A stretch of 64,000 nt of DNA from Eubacteriales bacterium (GTDB taxonomy: Bacteria; Bacillota; Clostridia; Oscillospirales; QAKW01): the NCBI GenBank assembly GCA_045593905.1, contig JAZNXL010000069.1, positions 13,355 through 77,354 of the forward strand. The letters run 5' to 3'. The position numbers and the translations under genes are program-made. Shown in pieces: positions 26,913 to 35,058 of this stretch (its first letter is position 1; each line of letters opens with the position of its first letter). The notes under the pieces are model-generated. The model ran no database searches, was not told where the DNA came from, and saw only the letters and a program-made list of their open reading frames with translations.

Positions 26913-28265
26913 ATGAGTTTTAAGAACGAGTATTTACAGGGCGTAATGGACAAAGTAATCGCCCGCAACCCCGGTGAGCCGGAGTTTCATCAGGCAGTAG
27001 AAGAGGTTTTAGTTTCACTTGAGCCTGTTGTTGAAATGCACCCCGAGTACATTGAGCAGGGCGTTATTGACAGAATTGTTGAGCCCGAAAGACAAATCTT
27101 TTTCAGAGTACCGTGGGTTGACGACAACGGCAAGGTACAGGTAAACCGCGGCTTTAGAATTCAGTTTAACTCGGCAATCGGTCCTTACAAGGGCGGTCTT
27201 AGATTCCACCCGTCAGTAAACCCCTCAATTATGAAGTTTTTGGGCTTTGAGCAAACATTCAAAAACAGCCTTACAGGTCTTCCTATCGGCGGCGGTAAGG
27301 GTGGTTCTGACTTTGACCCCAGAGGCCGTTCAAACGGCGAGATTATGAGATTTTGCCAAAGCTTTATGACCGAGCTTTACCGTCACATCGGCTCACACGT
27401 TGACGTGCCCGCAGGTGACATTGGCGTTGGTGCAAGAGAAATCGGCTACCTCTTTGGTCAGTACAAAAGAATTTGCAATAACTACGAAAACGCAGTTTTA
27501 ACAGGCAAAGGCCTTTCATACGGCGGCAGCCTTATCCGTCCCGAAGCTACAGGCTTTGGCGCTACATATTTCTGTAACGAAGTGCTTAAAAAATGGGGCG
27601 AAGACTTTAGGGGCAAAACCTTTGCAGTATCGGGCTTTGGTAACGTTGCCTGGGGCGCTGTGCTCAAAATCAACGAGCTTGGCGGTAAGGTACTTACAAT
27701 TTCAGGTCCCGACGGCTACATATACGACGAAAACGGCGTAACCGCTGACAAAGCAGCGTATATGCTCGAAATGCGTGCATCAGGTCGCGACAAGGTTCAA
27801 GACTACGCTGACAAGTTCGGTGTTAAGTTTGTTGCAGGCAAAAAGCCTTGGGAAGTTAAGGTTGATGTTGCTATGCCTTGCGCAACACAAAACGAGGTTG
27901 GTCTTGAAGACGCTAAAAACATTGTTGCAAACGGCACAAAATTCTACATTGAGGTTGCTAACATGCCTACCACAAAAGAGGCTGTTGACTACTTTGTTGC
28001 AAACGGCGTTGTTGTTGCTCCTTCAAAGGCAGTTAACGCAGGCGGCGTTGCAGTTTCAGCTCTTGAAATGTCACAAAACAGTATGCGTCTTTCGTGGACT
28101 GCAGAAGAAGTTGACCAAAAGCTTAAAGCTATTATGGTTAACATCTTTAACGCAGCATACGACACCGCTGAAAAATACGGTCAAAAGGGCAATCTTATTA
28201 TGGGCGCTAACATTGCAGGCTTTGAAAAGGTTGCAGAGGCAACTCTCGCTCACGGCATTGTTTAA
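26913..28265 (+). CDS. gdhA: NADP-type glutamate dehydrogenase
   Basis: KGGLRFHPSV and GGGKGGSDFDP motifs. Start at ATG 26913 after AAGGAGAAAG. Confidence 0.93.
   Translation: MSFKNEYLQGVMDKVIARNPGEPEFHQAVEEVLVSLEPVVEMHPEYIEQGVIDRIVEPERQIFFRVPWVDDNGKVQVNRGFRIQFNSAIGPYKGGLRFHPSVNPSIMKFLGFEQTFKNSLTGLPIGGGKGGSDFDPRGRSNGEIMRFCQSFMTELYRHIGSHVDVPAGDIGVGAREIGYLFGQYKRICNNYENAVLTGKGLSYGGSLIRPEATGFGATYFCNEVLKKWGEDFRGKTFAVSGFGNVAWGAVLKINELGGKVLTISGPDGYIYDENGVTADKAAYMLEMRASGRDKVQDYADKFGVKFVAGKKPWEVKVDVAMPCATQNEVGLEDAKNIVANGTKFYIEVANMPTTKEAVDYFVANGVVVAPSKAVNAGGVAVSALEMSQNSMRLSWTAEEVDQKLKAIMVNIFNAAYDTAEKYGQKGNLIMGANIAGFEKVAEATLAHGIV
28192..28265 (+). repeat. Direct repeat copy 1 (functional 3' end of gdhA)
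   Basis: 74 nt, 72/74 identical to 29589-29662. Confidence 0.95.
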
Positions 28266-28373
28266 TGAAATGCCTTACGGCGTTTCATTTAATGGCAAAA
28301 GCCATTTCATTTTGCAAAGCATCATTTCATTTAATCTATACGCCCTACGGCATGAAATGTGCTAACACACATT
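28266..28373. repeat. Mini-hairpin array, ATGAAAT-linker family (about 5 units)
   Basis: ATGAAATGCC TTAC GGCGTTTCAT-TTAATGGC AAAA GCCATT-TCATTTTGC AAA GCA-TCATTTCATTTAATCTATAC-GCC CTAC GGC-ATGAAATGTG CTAACA CACATT, starting at the nucleotide after the gdhA stop. Confidence 0.7.
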
Positions 28374-28404
28374 AAAAAAACGCACCCTTCGGGGTGCTTT
28401 TTTT
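28374..28404 (+). terminator. Rho-independent terminator, variant copy 4 of the GCACCC hairpin
   Basis: AAAAAAACGCACCCTTCGGGGTGCTTTTTTT. Confidence 0.75.
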
Positions 28405-28462
28405 ATTGCAAAAATTATTTATTTATAATATAATTATATTGTAAAACAGAGCATACGGTAAC

Positions 28463-28705
28463 ATGGTTGACATAGCCTTGTCAAAAGGTGCATACTGCGC
28501 TGTAGGATGGTGTAACGAAGCATTTGATGATGTAATGAATTGCTGGGTAGGTGATTTTTTTGACAAATGCACGGAGGGTGCAACGGTCGAAAATGCTATA
28601 GATTTTGCTGACAGCGCAATTAGTAATAGTTCAAAATATTCTGCCTATTATTCTTCGGTAATAAACAGATATTACGGCAGTAGTCCTTATTCCAGCTTGT
28701 ACTAG
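28463..28705 (+). CDS. Hypothetical 80-aa Cys/Trp/Tyr-rich protein, possibly a C-terminal gene remnant
   Basis: The ORF lies in the AT-rich insert. The frame is closed by a stop only 18 nt upstream of the ATG, no clear ribosome-binding site was seen, and no family was recognised. Confidence 0.3.
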   Translation: MVDIALSKGAYCAVGWCNEAFDDVMNCWVGDFFDKCTEGATVENAIDFADSAISNSSKYSAYYSSVINRYYGSSPYSSLY

Positions 28706-28735
28706 GCGGAACCAATTAGAAAGGAGTACTCTGAT

Positions 28736-29581
28736 ATGAATAAAAAGAAAAGTTTAATTATAATAATTTTTATTTTAGTTATTGCTTTAATATTTAGCAT
28801 ATCCTCATTAGCTATCGTTAACTCAGACATATTTGAAGCAAATATTTTTAACAATAAAATTCAGCGTACTAATGCAGAAAAAACCAAGGTGTTTTCAATT
28901 GATAACGGAGTTGAAAAGCAATTAACTTATAAAGAAACTCAAAATTACAGCGCAAGCAATTATGTAGATATTTATGAAGACTCAGAGAAAAATCAATATC
29001 GTTATGATAATCAAGAAAATCTTATAGGCTATATAAACAATAACATTGATGATAAGCTCGAATCTCAGATAATTGACGACAAAGCTCTTGACAGCAGAAT
29101 TTCTCAGGACGAAGCTATCAGCATTGCAACTGCCTATGCTCAAAAAATGTACCAAAACACTTTTGATGATTTTAACTATTCAAGCTCATTATATGCCGAG
29201 CACTCAAATCTTTATAATATACACTTCAACGTCACTGCAGGAAAAGATAAACAAATATCCGTAGCTACATGTTATGTCGGTGTGTATTTAAGCGGAAAAG
29301 TAGCATCATGCAATATGCCGACGTGGTATGAAAAAAGTAAAATTGATTTCAATAAACTTAACAGAATCTCAAAAAGCGACTTAGAAAAATTTGCAGATAA
29401 TGAAGCAAAAGAAATATATGGAAATGATTTTGTAAATTGTTACGTATATGAAGAAGTAGGCGCTTTTTTAACCGCGAAAGACAACAGTTTTGTTGTTGCT
29501 GTACCAATAATTGTAACATTAAAAAATATCAACGGTGACAATTATGATATGGTAAAAGAACTGTATTATGAATTCACATAA
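28736..29581 (+). CDS. Hypothetical secreted or membrane-anchored protein (281 aa), AT-rich foreign composition
   Basis: AGGAG ribosome-binding site (28721-28725), and an N-terminal Lys-rich plus hydrophobic signal/anchor. Two internal segments (SQDEAISIATAYAQKMY, SKSDLEKFADNEAKEIYG) recall PepSY-type domain starts; this assignment is weak. Confidence 0.6.
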   Translation: MNKKKSLIIIIFILVIALIFSISSLAIVNSDIFEANIFNNKIQRTNAEKTKVFSIDNGVEKQLTYKETQNYSASNYVDIYEDSEKNQYRYDNQENLIGYINNNIDDKLESQIIDDKALDSRISQDEAISIATAYAQKMYQNTFDDFNYSSSLYAEHSNLYNIHFNVTAGKDKQISVATCYVGVYLSGKVASCNMPTWYEKSKIDFNKLNRISKSDLEKFADNEAKEIYGNDFVNCYVYEEVGAFLTAKDNSFVVAVPIIVTLKNINGDNYDMVKELYYEFT

Positions 29582-29588
29582 CAACAGT

Positions 29589-29662
29589 ATCTTATTATGG
29601 GCGCTAACATTGCAGGCTTTGAAAAGGTTGCAGAGGCAACTCTCGCTCACGGAATAGTTTAA
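29589..29662 (+). pseudogene. Orphan duplicate of the gdhA 3' end (direct repeat copy 2)
   Basis: Encodes LIMGANIAGFEKVAEATLAHGIV-stop in the gdhA frame. The two differences from copy 1 are synonymous (GGC/GGA, ATT/ATA). No upstream coding continuation. Confidence 0.9.
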
Positions 29663-29666
29663 AAAT

Positions 29667-29746
29667 TAGTAAGTAATATCTAAGAAGTAATAGTGAAAAA
29701 GTAATGATGAAACACGGCTTTTGCCGTGTTTCTTTTTATTTTTTAT
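29667..29746 (+). repeat. Composite palindromic intergenic element, copy D (truncated: left arm plus H1 only)
   Basis: TAGTAAGTAATATCTAAGAAGTAATAGTGAAAAAGTAATGAT then H1 GAAACACGGC-TTTT-GCCGTGTTTC and a T-run. H2 and the right arm are absent. Confidence 0.75.
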
Positions 29747-29806
29747 TGAAAAATCTATTAATATATACTATAATTTAATTTTCAAAATAATTATAGAGGT
29801 AAAAAT

Positions 29807-30505
29807 ATGACTAACGAGTTATTACTTATATTAAGCATAGTTGTAATATACGGCTCGGTGCTATTGTTTTATAAGCTGTTTAAAACGGCAGGGCTTTATT
29901 GCTGGATGGCGTTTGCCACCGTTGTTGCCAACATTGAGGTGGTAATTCTGGTAAACGCGTTTGGCATTGAGCAAACACTCGGCAACGTGCTTTTTGCATC
30001 TACCTTTGTTGTAACCGACATACTGTCGGAGACCGAGGGTAAAAAACAATCGACAAAGGCGGTATGGCTTGGCTTTTCAATATCGGCGGTGTTTATTGTG
30101 CTTTCGCAGATGTGGACTTGGTTTATCCCCTCACAAAACGACTTTGCGCACGGCGCTATTGTTACAATATTTAAAAACACACCTCGGCTTATGGCGTCGT
30201 CGCTTTTGGTGTTTGCAATATCGCAGCTTTTCGACGTGTTTTTATACCACGCGATATGGAAAAAAACCACCGAGGCAACGGGCGACAGCAAAAAGCTTTT
30301 ATGGGTAAGAAACAACGTTGCCACAATGCTGTCGCAGCTTTTAAACGCGGTTTGCTACAACCTTTTGGCGTTTGGCGGCATTTATAGCAGTAAAACGCTG
30401 TTTAGCATAATTTTAGCAAGCTTTTTAATATCAATTGTAACAAGCATTTGCGACACACCTGTAGTATACATTGCAAGAAGGATACATCAAAATGAAAATA
30501 AATAA
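29807..30505 (+). CDS. VUT/YhhQ-family (DUF165) queuosine-precursor transporter-like membrane protein
   Basis: 232 aa, 6 TM helices, with family-typical N-terminal region (AFATVVANIEVVILVNAFG...FASTFVVTDILSE). Confidence 0.7.
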   Translation: MTNELLLILSIVVIYGSVLLFYKLFKTAGLYCWMAFATVVANIEVVILVNAFGIEQTLGNVLFASTFVVTDILSETEGKKQSTKAVWLGFSISAVFIVLSQMWTWFIPSQNDFAHGAIVTIFKNTPRLMASSLLVFAISQLFDVFLYHAIWKKTTEATGDSKKLLWVRNNVATMLSQLLNAVCYNLLAFGGIYSSKTLFSIILASFLISIVTSICDTPVVYIARRIHQNENK

Positions 30506-31139
30506 CGTTTTATTTGACCTTGACGGTACGCTGACCGACCCAAAGGTAGGAATTACAAAATCGGCGGCATACGCGCTTTCAAGGTTCGGGATACAAAAAG
30601 ACCCCGACGAGCTTTTGCATTTTATCGGTCCGCCGCTTGCGGTATCGTTTAAAAACTGCTACGGCTTTAACGATGCCGAGTGCGACGAGGCTATAAAATA
30701 TTACCGCGAGTATTTTAGTGTTACAGGCAAGTTTGAAAACCAGCTTTACCCCTACACCTTTAAAATGCTTGACCACCTTAAAGCGAGCGGTAAAAAGCTA
30801 TACATTGCTACCTCAAAGCCGGAGCTTTTTGCAATAGAAATTGCAAAGCATTTTGGCTTTTTTGACTACTTTGAAAAAATACACGGCATAGCAATGGGCG
30901 AAGAGCGTATTGAAAAAGACGTTGTTATAAAACGGCTTTTAAACGAGCATAAAATCGCGCCCTGCGATGCGATTATGGTGGGCGACAGGTGCTTTGATAT
31001 TTACGGCGCACACAAATGCGGTGTAAAGGCGGTCGGCGTGTTGTTCGGCTACGGCGACAGGAGGGAGCATACCGATGCAGATGCCGACTTTATTGTTAAT
31101 ACCAACCGCGACCTGTTTGAGTTTATGAAAGGAATATAA
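30492..31139 (+). CDS. HAD-superfamily phosphatase (phosphoglycolate phosphatase-like)
   Basis: Motif I VLFDLDGTLTD; motif III/IV K...GDRCFDI. Start at ATG 30492, overlapping the end of the previous gene. Confidence 0.8.
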   Translation: MKINNVLFDLDGTLTDPKVGITKSAAYALSRFGIQKDPDELLHFIGPPLAVSFKNCYGFNDAECDEAIKYYREYFSVTGKFENQLYPYTFKMLDHLKASGKKLYIATSKPELFAIEIAKHFGFFDYFEKIHGIAMGEERIEKDVVIKRLLNEHKIAPCDAIMVGDRCFDIYGAHKCGVKAVGVLFGYGDRREHTDADADFIVNTNRDLFEFMKGI

Positions 31140-31141
31140 AA

Positions 31142-33304
31142 ATGGATATTTTAGCACAGCTTACAAAAGAATTCGGTTTAAAACCAACCCACCTTGAAAA
31201 CACTATAAAGCTTATTGACGAGGGTAACACTATCCCGTTTATTGCGCGATACCGCAAAGAGCTTACAGGCGCGCTCGACGACCAGGTGCTTCGCGCCCTT
31301 AACGAAAGGCTCGAGTATCTTCGCAACCTCGAGGCACAGCGCGAAAAGGTGTTTAACACAATCACCGAGCAGGGCGCAATGACCGACGAAATTGCAAAGG
31401 CACTTGAGGGCGCCATGACCCTTACCGAGATTGACGATATTTACCGTCCCTTCAGACCAAAGCGCAAAACCCGTGCTTCTGTTGCAAAAGAAAAGGGACT
31501 TTTACCGCTTGCAAACTTAATTTACGAGCAAGCTAACAATGCAGATGTTGCCGAGCTTGCAAAGGAGTACATTGATGCCGAAAAAGGCGTTGAAACAGTT
31601 GAGGACGCGCTCGCAGGTGCGCAGGATATTATTGCCGAGCTTATTTCTGACGATGCGGCAGTGCGCAAAGGGCTTCGTGTTGTTTGCACAGCTCACGGAA
31701 CACTCAAAACCGAGGCAAACGCCGACGAGCTTGGTGTTTACGAAATGTACGGCGAGTACGCCGAGCCTATAAAGACTGTACCCGGTCACCGCACCCTTGC
31801 AATCAACCGCGGCGAAAACGAAAAGGTGCTTAAAGTCAGCATTGATTTTGAGCGCGACAGGGCTATGGATATTGTATGCCGTAACCACGTAAAAGGCGAG
31901 GGCGAAATGACAAACATTGTCCGCGCCGCCGCCGAGGACGCATACGACAGACTTATATTCCCCTCAATCGAGCGCGAAATACGTAACGAGCTTACCGAAA
32001 GGGCCGAGGTTGGCGCGATTAAGCTGTTTTCTGATAACCTGCGCCAGCTTTTAATGCAGCCGCCTGTTAAGGGGAACGTAACGCTCGGTCTTGACCCGGG
32101 CTATAGAACAGGCTGCAAGGTTGCGGTTATTGACGGCACAGGCAAGGTGCTTGACACAGGCGTTATTTACCCTGTTCCGCCCCACAGTAAAATTGACGAG
32201 GCAAAGCAAATTGTTAAAAAGCTTGTTATTAAGCACGGCGTTAAAATGTTCGCAATCGGCAACGGCACCGCCTCGCACGAGACAGAGGTTTTTGCCGCTG
32301 ATGTAATACGCGAGCTAAATATGGGCATAACATATATGGTAGTAAGTGAAGCGGGTGCTTCGGTTTACTCGGCATCAAAGCTTGGCGCCGAGGAGTTTCC
32401 GCAGTTTGACGTTTCACTCCGTTCGGCAGTATCAATAGCAAGACGGCTTCAGGACCCGCTCTCTGAGCTTGTTAAAATTGACCCCAAGGCTATCGGCGTT
32501 GGTCAGTATCAGCACGATATGCCCGAAAAACAGTTATCGACAGCGCTTGGCGGTGTTGTAGAGGGTTGTGTAAACTCGGTCGGTGTTGACCTTAACACCG
32601 CGTCGGTATCACTTTTATCGCACGTTGCGGGTATTGGCCCTGCGCTTGCAAAAAATATTGTTGATTACCGCGCCGAAAACGGCATATTCACATCGCGCGC
32701 ACAGCTTAAAAAGGTTGCAAAGCTGGGACCCAAGGCTTTTGAGCAATGCGCAGGCTTTTTGCGTGTGCCCGAGAGCAAAAATATGCTCGATAACACCGCA
32801 GTCCACCCCGAAAGCTACGACGTTGCAAAGGCTATACTCGACAAGTTCGGCTACAAAAAAGGCGACTCGCTTTTAGACCTTAACCAAAAGGTTGACGAGG
32901 TTGGCATAACCGCGCTTGCAACCGAGCTCGGCATTGGCGAGGTCACCTTAAAGGACATTGTTACAGAGCTTGTAAAACCAAACCGCGACCCGCGTGACGA
33001 GTTACCAAAACCCCTGCTTCGTACCGACGTTATGAGTATGGAAGATTTAAAGGCGGGTATGGAGCTTACAGGCACTGTACGAAACGTTATTGACTTTGGT
33101 GCGTTTATTGACGTTGGTGTGCATCAGGACGGACTTGTTCATATTTCAAAAATAACCAAAAAATACATTAAACACCCTGCCGAAGTATTAAAAGTAGGCG
33201 ATATTGTAAAGGTATGGGTGGTTGACGTTAACGTAGACAAAAAACGAATATCGCTTACAATGATTGACCCTAGGTTAAAAGGCCAAAGCCAAACCAGCCT
33301 CTAA
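31142..33304 (+). CDS. tex: Tex-like transcription accessory protein with C-terminal S1 domain
   Basis: N-terminal IPFIARYRKELTG, a YqgF/RuvC-like middle region, HhH, and C-terminal S1 (GTVRNVIDFGAFIDVGVHQDGLVHISK), 720 aa. Confidence 0.92.
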   Translation: MDILAQLTKEFGLKPTHLENTIKLIDEGNTIPFIARYRKELTGALDDQVLRALNERLEYLRNLEAQREKVFNTITEQGAMTDEIAKALEGAMTLTEIDDIYRPFRPKRKTRASVAKEKGLLPLANLIYEQANNADVAELAKEYIDAEKGVETVEDALAGAQDIIAELISDDAAVRKGLRVVCTAHGTLKTEANADELGVYEMYGEYAEPIKTVPGHRTLAINRGENEKVLKVSIDFERDRAMDIVCRNHVKGEGEMTNIVRAAAEDAYDRLIFPSIEREIRNELTERAEVGAIKLFSDNLRQLLMQPPVKGNVTLGLDPGYRTGCKVAVIDGTGKVLDTGVIYPVPPHSKIDEAKQIVKKLVIKHGVKMFAIGNGTASHETEVFAADVIRELNMGITYMVVSEAGASVYSASKLGAEEFPQFDVSLRSAVSIARRLQDPLSELVKIDPKAIGVGQYQHDMPEKQLSTALGGVVEGCVNSVGVDLNTASVSLLSHVAGIGPALAKNIVDYRAENGIFTSRAQLKKVAKLGPKAFEQCAGFLRVPESKNMLDNTAVHPESYDVAKAILDKFGYKKGDSLLDLNQKVDEVGITALATELGIGEVTLKDIVTELVKPNRDPRDELPKPLLRTDVMSMEDLKAGMELTGTVRNVIDFGAFIDVGVHQDGLVHISKITKKYIKHPAEVLKVGDIVKVWVVDVNVDKKRISLTMIDPRLKGQSQTSL

Positions 33305-33407
33305 CCTAGCATATTTCGGCGCTTTTTAACCTATTCATTCTTGGAAGGCGACAGCCTGCCTGCGCCTGAATAAATCAAAAATCCCTCGAAATCTGCTAGG
33401 TTAGAGG
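33298..33407 (+). repeat. Long inverted repeat 1 in the tex-pyk spacer
   Basis: CCTCTAACCTAGCATATTTCG (33298-33318, overlapping the tex stop) pairs with CGAAATCTGCTAGGTTAGAGG (33387-33407), 20/21 complementary. Inner GGCGC/GCGCC pairing. Confidence 0.7.
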
Positions 33408-33413
33408 TCAAAG

Positions 33414-33522
33414 ATTTTAAAAAGTGCGGATTTTTGATTTTACAAGGCACAAAGCGCAGCCAATACTTTGTGTATTGGCGAGTATTTTAACAAAGTAAAA
33501 GTGAAAATCCGCCTTTTTAAAA
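33414..33522 (+). repeat. Long inverted repeat 2 in the tex-pyk spacer (possible large terminator)
   Basis: TTTTAAAAAGTGCGGATTTTTGATTTTAC ... GTAAAAGTGAAAATCCGCCTTTTTAAAA. Inner hairpin GCCAATAC TTTGT GTATTGGC, with alternative CACAAAG/CTTTGTG pairing. Confidence 0.65.
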
Positions 33523-33562
33523 CAGGTTCGGATTTGTCCTTTTAACCTAAAAAGGATAGAAA

Positions 33563-34975
33563 ATGAGAAAAACTAAAATAATTTGCACAATGGGACCTGC
33601 CTGTCAGACCGAAGATACGCTTACTAATATGGCAAAAAACGGTATGAACGTGGCGCGGCTCAACTTTTCGCACGGCGACTACGCCGAGCATCAATCTAAC
33701 ATAAACCTTATAAAGTCGGTTAGAAAAAAACTCTCAATGCCTATTGCGATTATGCTCGATACCAAAGGCCCCGAGTACCGTATAAAAACCTTTAAAGACG
33801 GCAGCGCTTTACTAAATACAGGCGACAGCTTTACCTTTACCACCCGCGACACCGAGGGCGATAGCACCATCGTGTCGGTAAACTACAAGGGTCTTCCAAA
33901 AGACCTTGATATTGGTGACAGGGTGCTTGTAAACAACGGGCTTTTAGAGTTTGAGGTTGAGCGCCTTACCGACACCGACGCGATATGCAAGATTTTAACA
34001 GGCGGTGTTATTTCAAACCGCAAGAGTATGAGCTTTCCCGGTAAGGTTTTAAAGCAAAAGTATTTGAGCGACACCGACAAGAGCGATATTGAGTTTGGCA
34101 TAAAAAACGATATTGATTTTATTGCCTGCTCGTTTGTATCGTCAAGGCAAGACCTTTTAGATGTTAAAGAGTATTTAAAAACGCTCGGCAGCCCCGAGGT
34201 TGACATTATTGCAAAAATCGAAAACCGCTCGGGCGTTGACAACATTGAAGAAATTTGCAAAGAGTGTGACGGAATAATGGTAGCGCGCGGCGACCTCGGT
34301 GTAGAGATACCGTTTGAAGAGGTACCTGTTATTCAAAAAAAGCTTATAACAAAGTGCAGACTGCTTGGAAAACGCGTTATTACCGCAACCGAAATGCTCG
34401 AGTCAATGATACAAAACCCGCGCCCCACCCGTGCCGAGATTTCTGACGTTGCAAACGCGGTTTACGACGGCACCAGCGCGCTTATGCTATCGGGCGAGAC
34501 GGCGGCGGGCAAGCACCCTGCCGAGTCGGTTGAAACAATGGCAAAGATTGCGCTTATGACCGAGAGCAATATTAACTACCGCAAGCGGTTTTTAAGCTCT
34601 GAGTTTAAAATAAAAAACACGCTCGATGCAATATCTCACGCAACCTGCGGTATGGCTATTGACATTGGCGCAAAAGCTATTGCGGTATGCACTCTTTCGG
34701 GCAAGACGGCGCGTATGGTTTCGCGCTTCAGGTCGCCTGTAAACATTATAGGTCTTACCACAAACAAAAAAACCTGGCGCAAGCTTTCGCTTTCGTGGGG
34801 CGTTACCCCAAGGCTTTGCGACAGGGTTGACTCTACCGACGTACTGTTTTACAACGCACGCGCTATTGCAAAGTCAACCTTCAACCTGCAAAAAGACGAC
34901 AAAATCGTAATAACAGGCGGTGTTACCAACGGTAATACGGGTAATACAAATTTAATTAAAATAGATAGTATTTAA
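33563..34975 (+). CDS. pyk: Pyruvate kinase
   Basis: MRKTKIICTMGP, NFSHG and MVARGDLGVEIP motifs, 470 aa. Confidence 0.95.
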   Translation: MRKTKIICTMGPACQTEDTLTNMAKNGMNVARLNFSHGDYAEHQSNINLIKSVRKKLSMPIAIMLDTKGPEYRIKTFKDGSALLNTGDSFTFTTRDTEGDSTIVSVNYKGLPKDLDIGDRVLVNNGLLEFEVERLTDTDAICKILTGGVISNRKSMSFPGKVLKQKYLSDTDKSDIEFGIKNDIDFIACSFVSSRQDLLDVKEYLKTLGSPEVDIIAKIENRSGVDNIEEICKECDGIMVARGDLGVEIPFEEVPVIQKKLITKCRLLGKRVITATEMLESMIQNPRPTRAEISDVANAVYDGTSALMLSGETAAGKHPAESVETMAKIALMTESNINYRKRFLSSEFKIKNTLDAISHATCGMAIDIGAKAIAVCTLSGKTARMVSRFRSPVNIIGLTTNKKTWRKLSLSWGVTPRLCDRVDSTDVLFYNARAIAKSTFNLQKDDKIVITGGVTNGNTGNTNLIKIDSI

Positions 34976-34978
34976 CTA

Positions 34979-35007
34979 TTGACATATTAATATAAGAGAT
35001 GTATAAT
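34979..35007 (+). promoter_or_regulatory. Consensus sigma-A promoter of argCJBDF
   Basis: TTGACA (34979-34984), 17-nt spacer, TATAAT (35002-35007). Confidence 0.75.
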
Positions 35008-35036
35008 ATTCATATTGTTTTGAATATTATACATCT
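34997..35036. promoter_or_regulatory. ARG-box-like operator (tandem boxes forming a 16+8+16 palindrome)
   Basis: AGATGTATAATATTCA-tattgttt-TGAATATTATACATCT. Each arm resembles TGAAT-wwww-ATTCA, the box centres are 21 bp apart, and the operator overlaps the -10. Confidence 0.65.
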
Positions 35037-35058
35037 TTTTTAAGGAGAAAATGAATAT

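Noticed and set aside
29663-29806. preQ1 riboswitch upstream of the YhhQ-like transporter
   Set aside because: There is no small P1 hairpin followed by the A-rich tail and CCC..CUA-type conserved bases. The region is the truncated composite element plus AT-rich promoter-like sequence.
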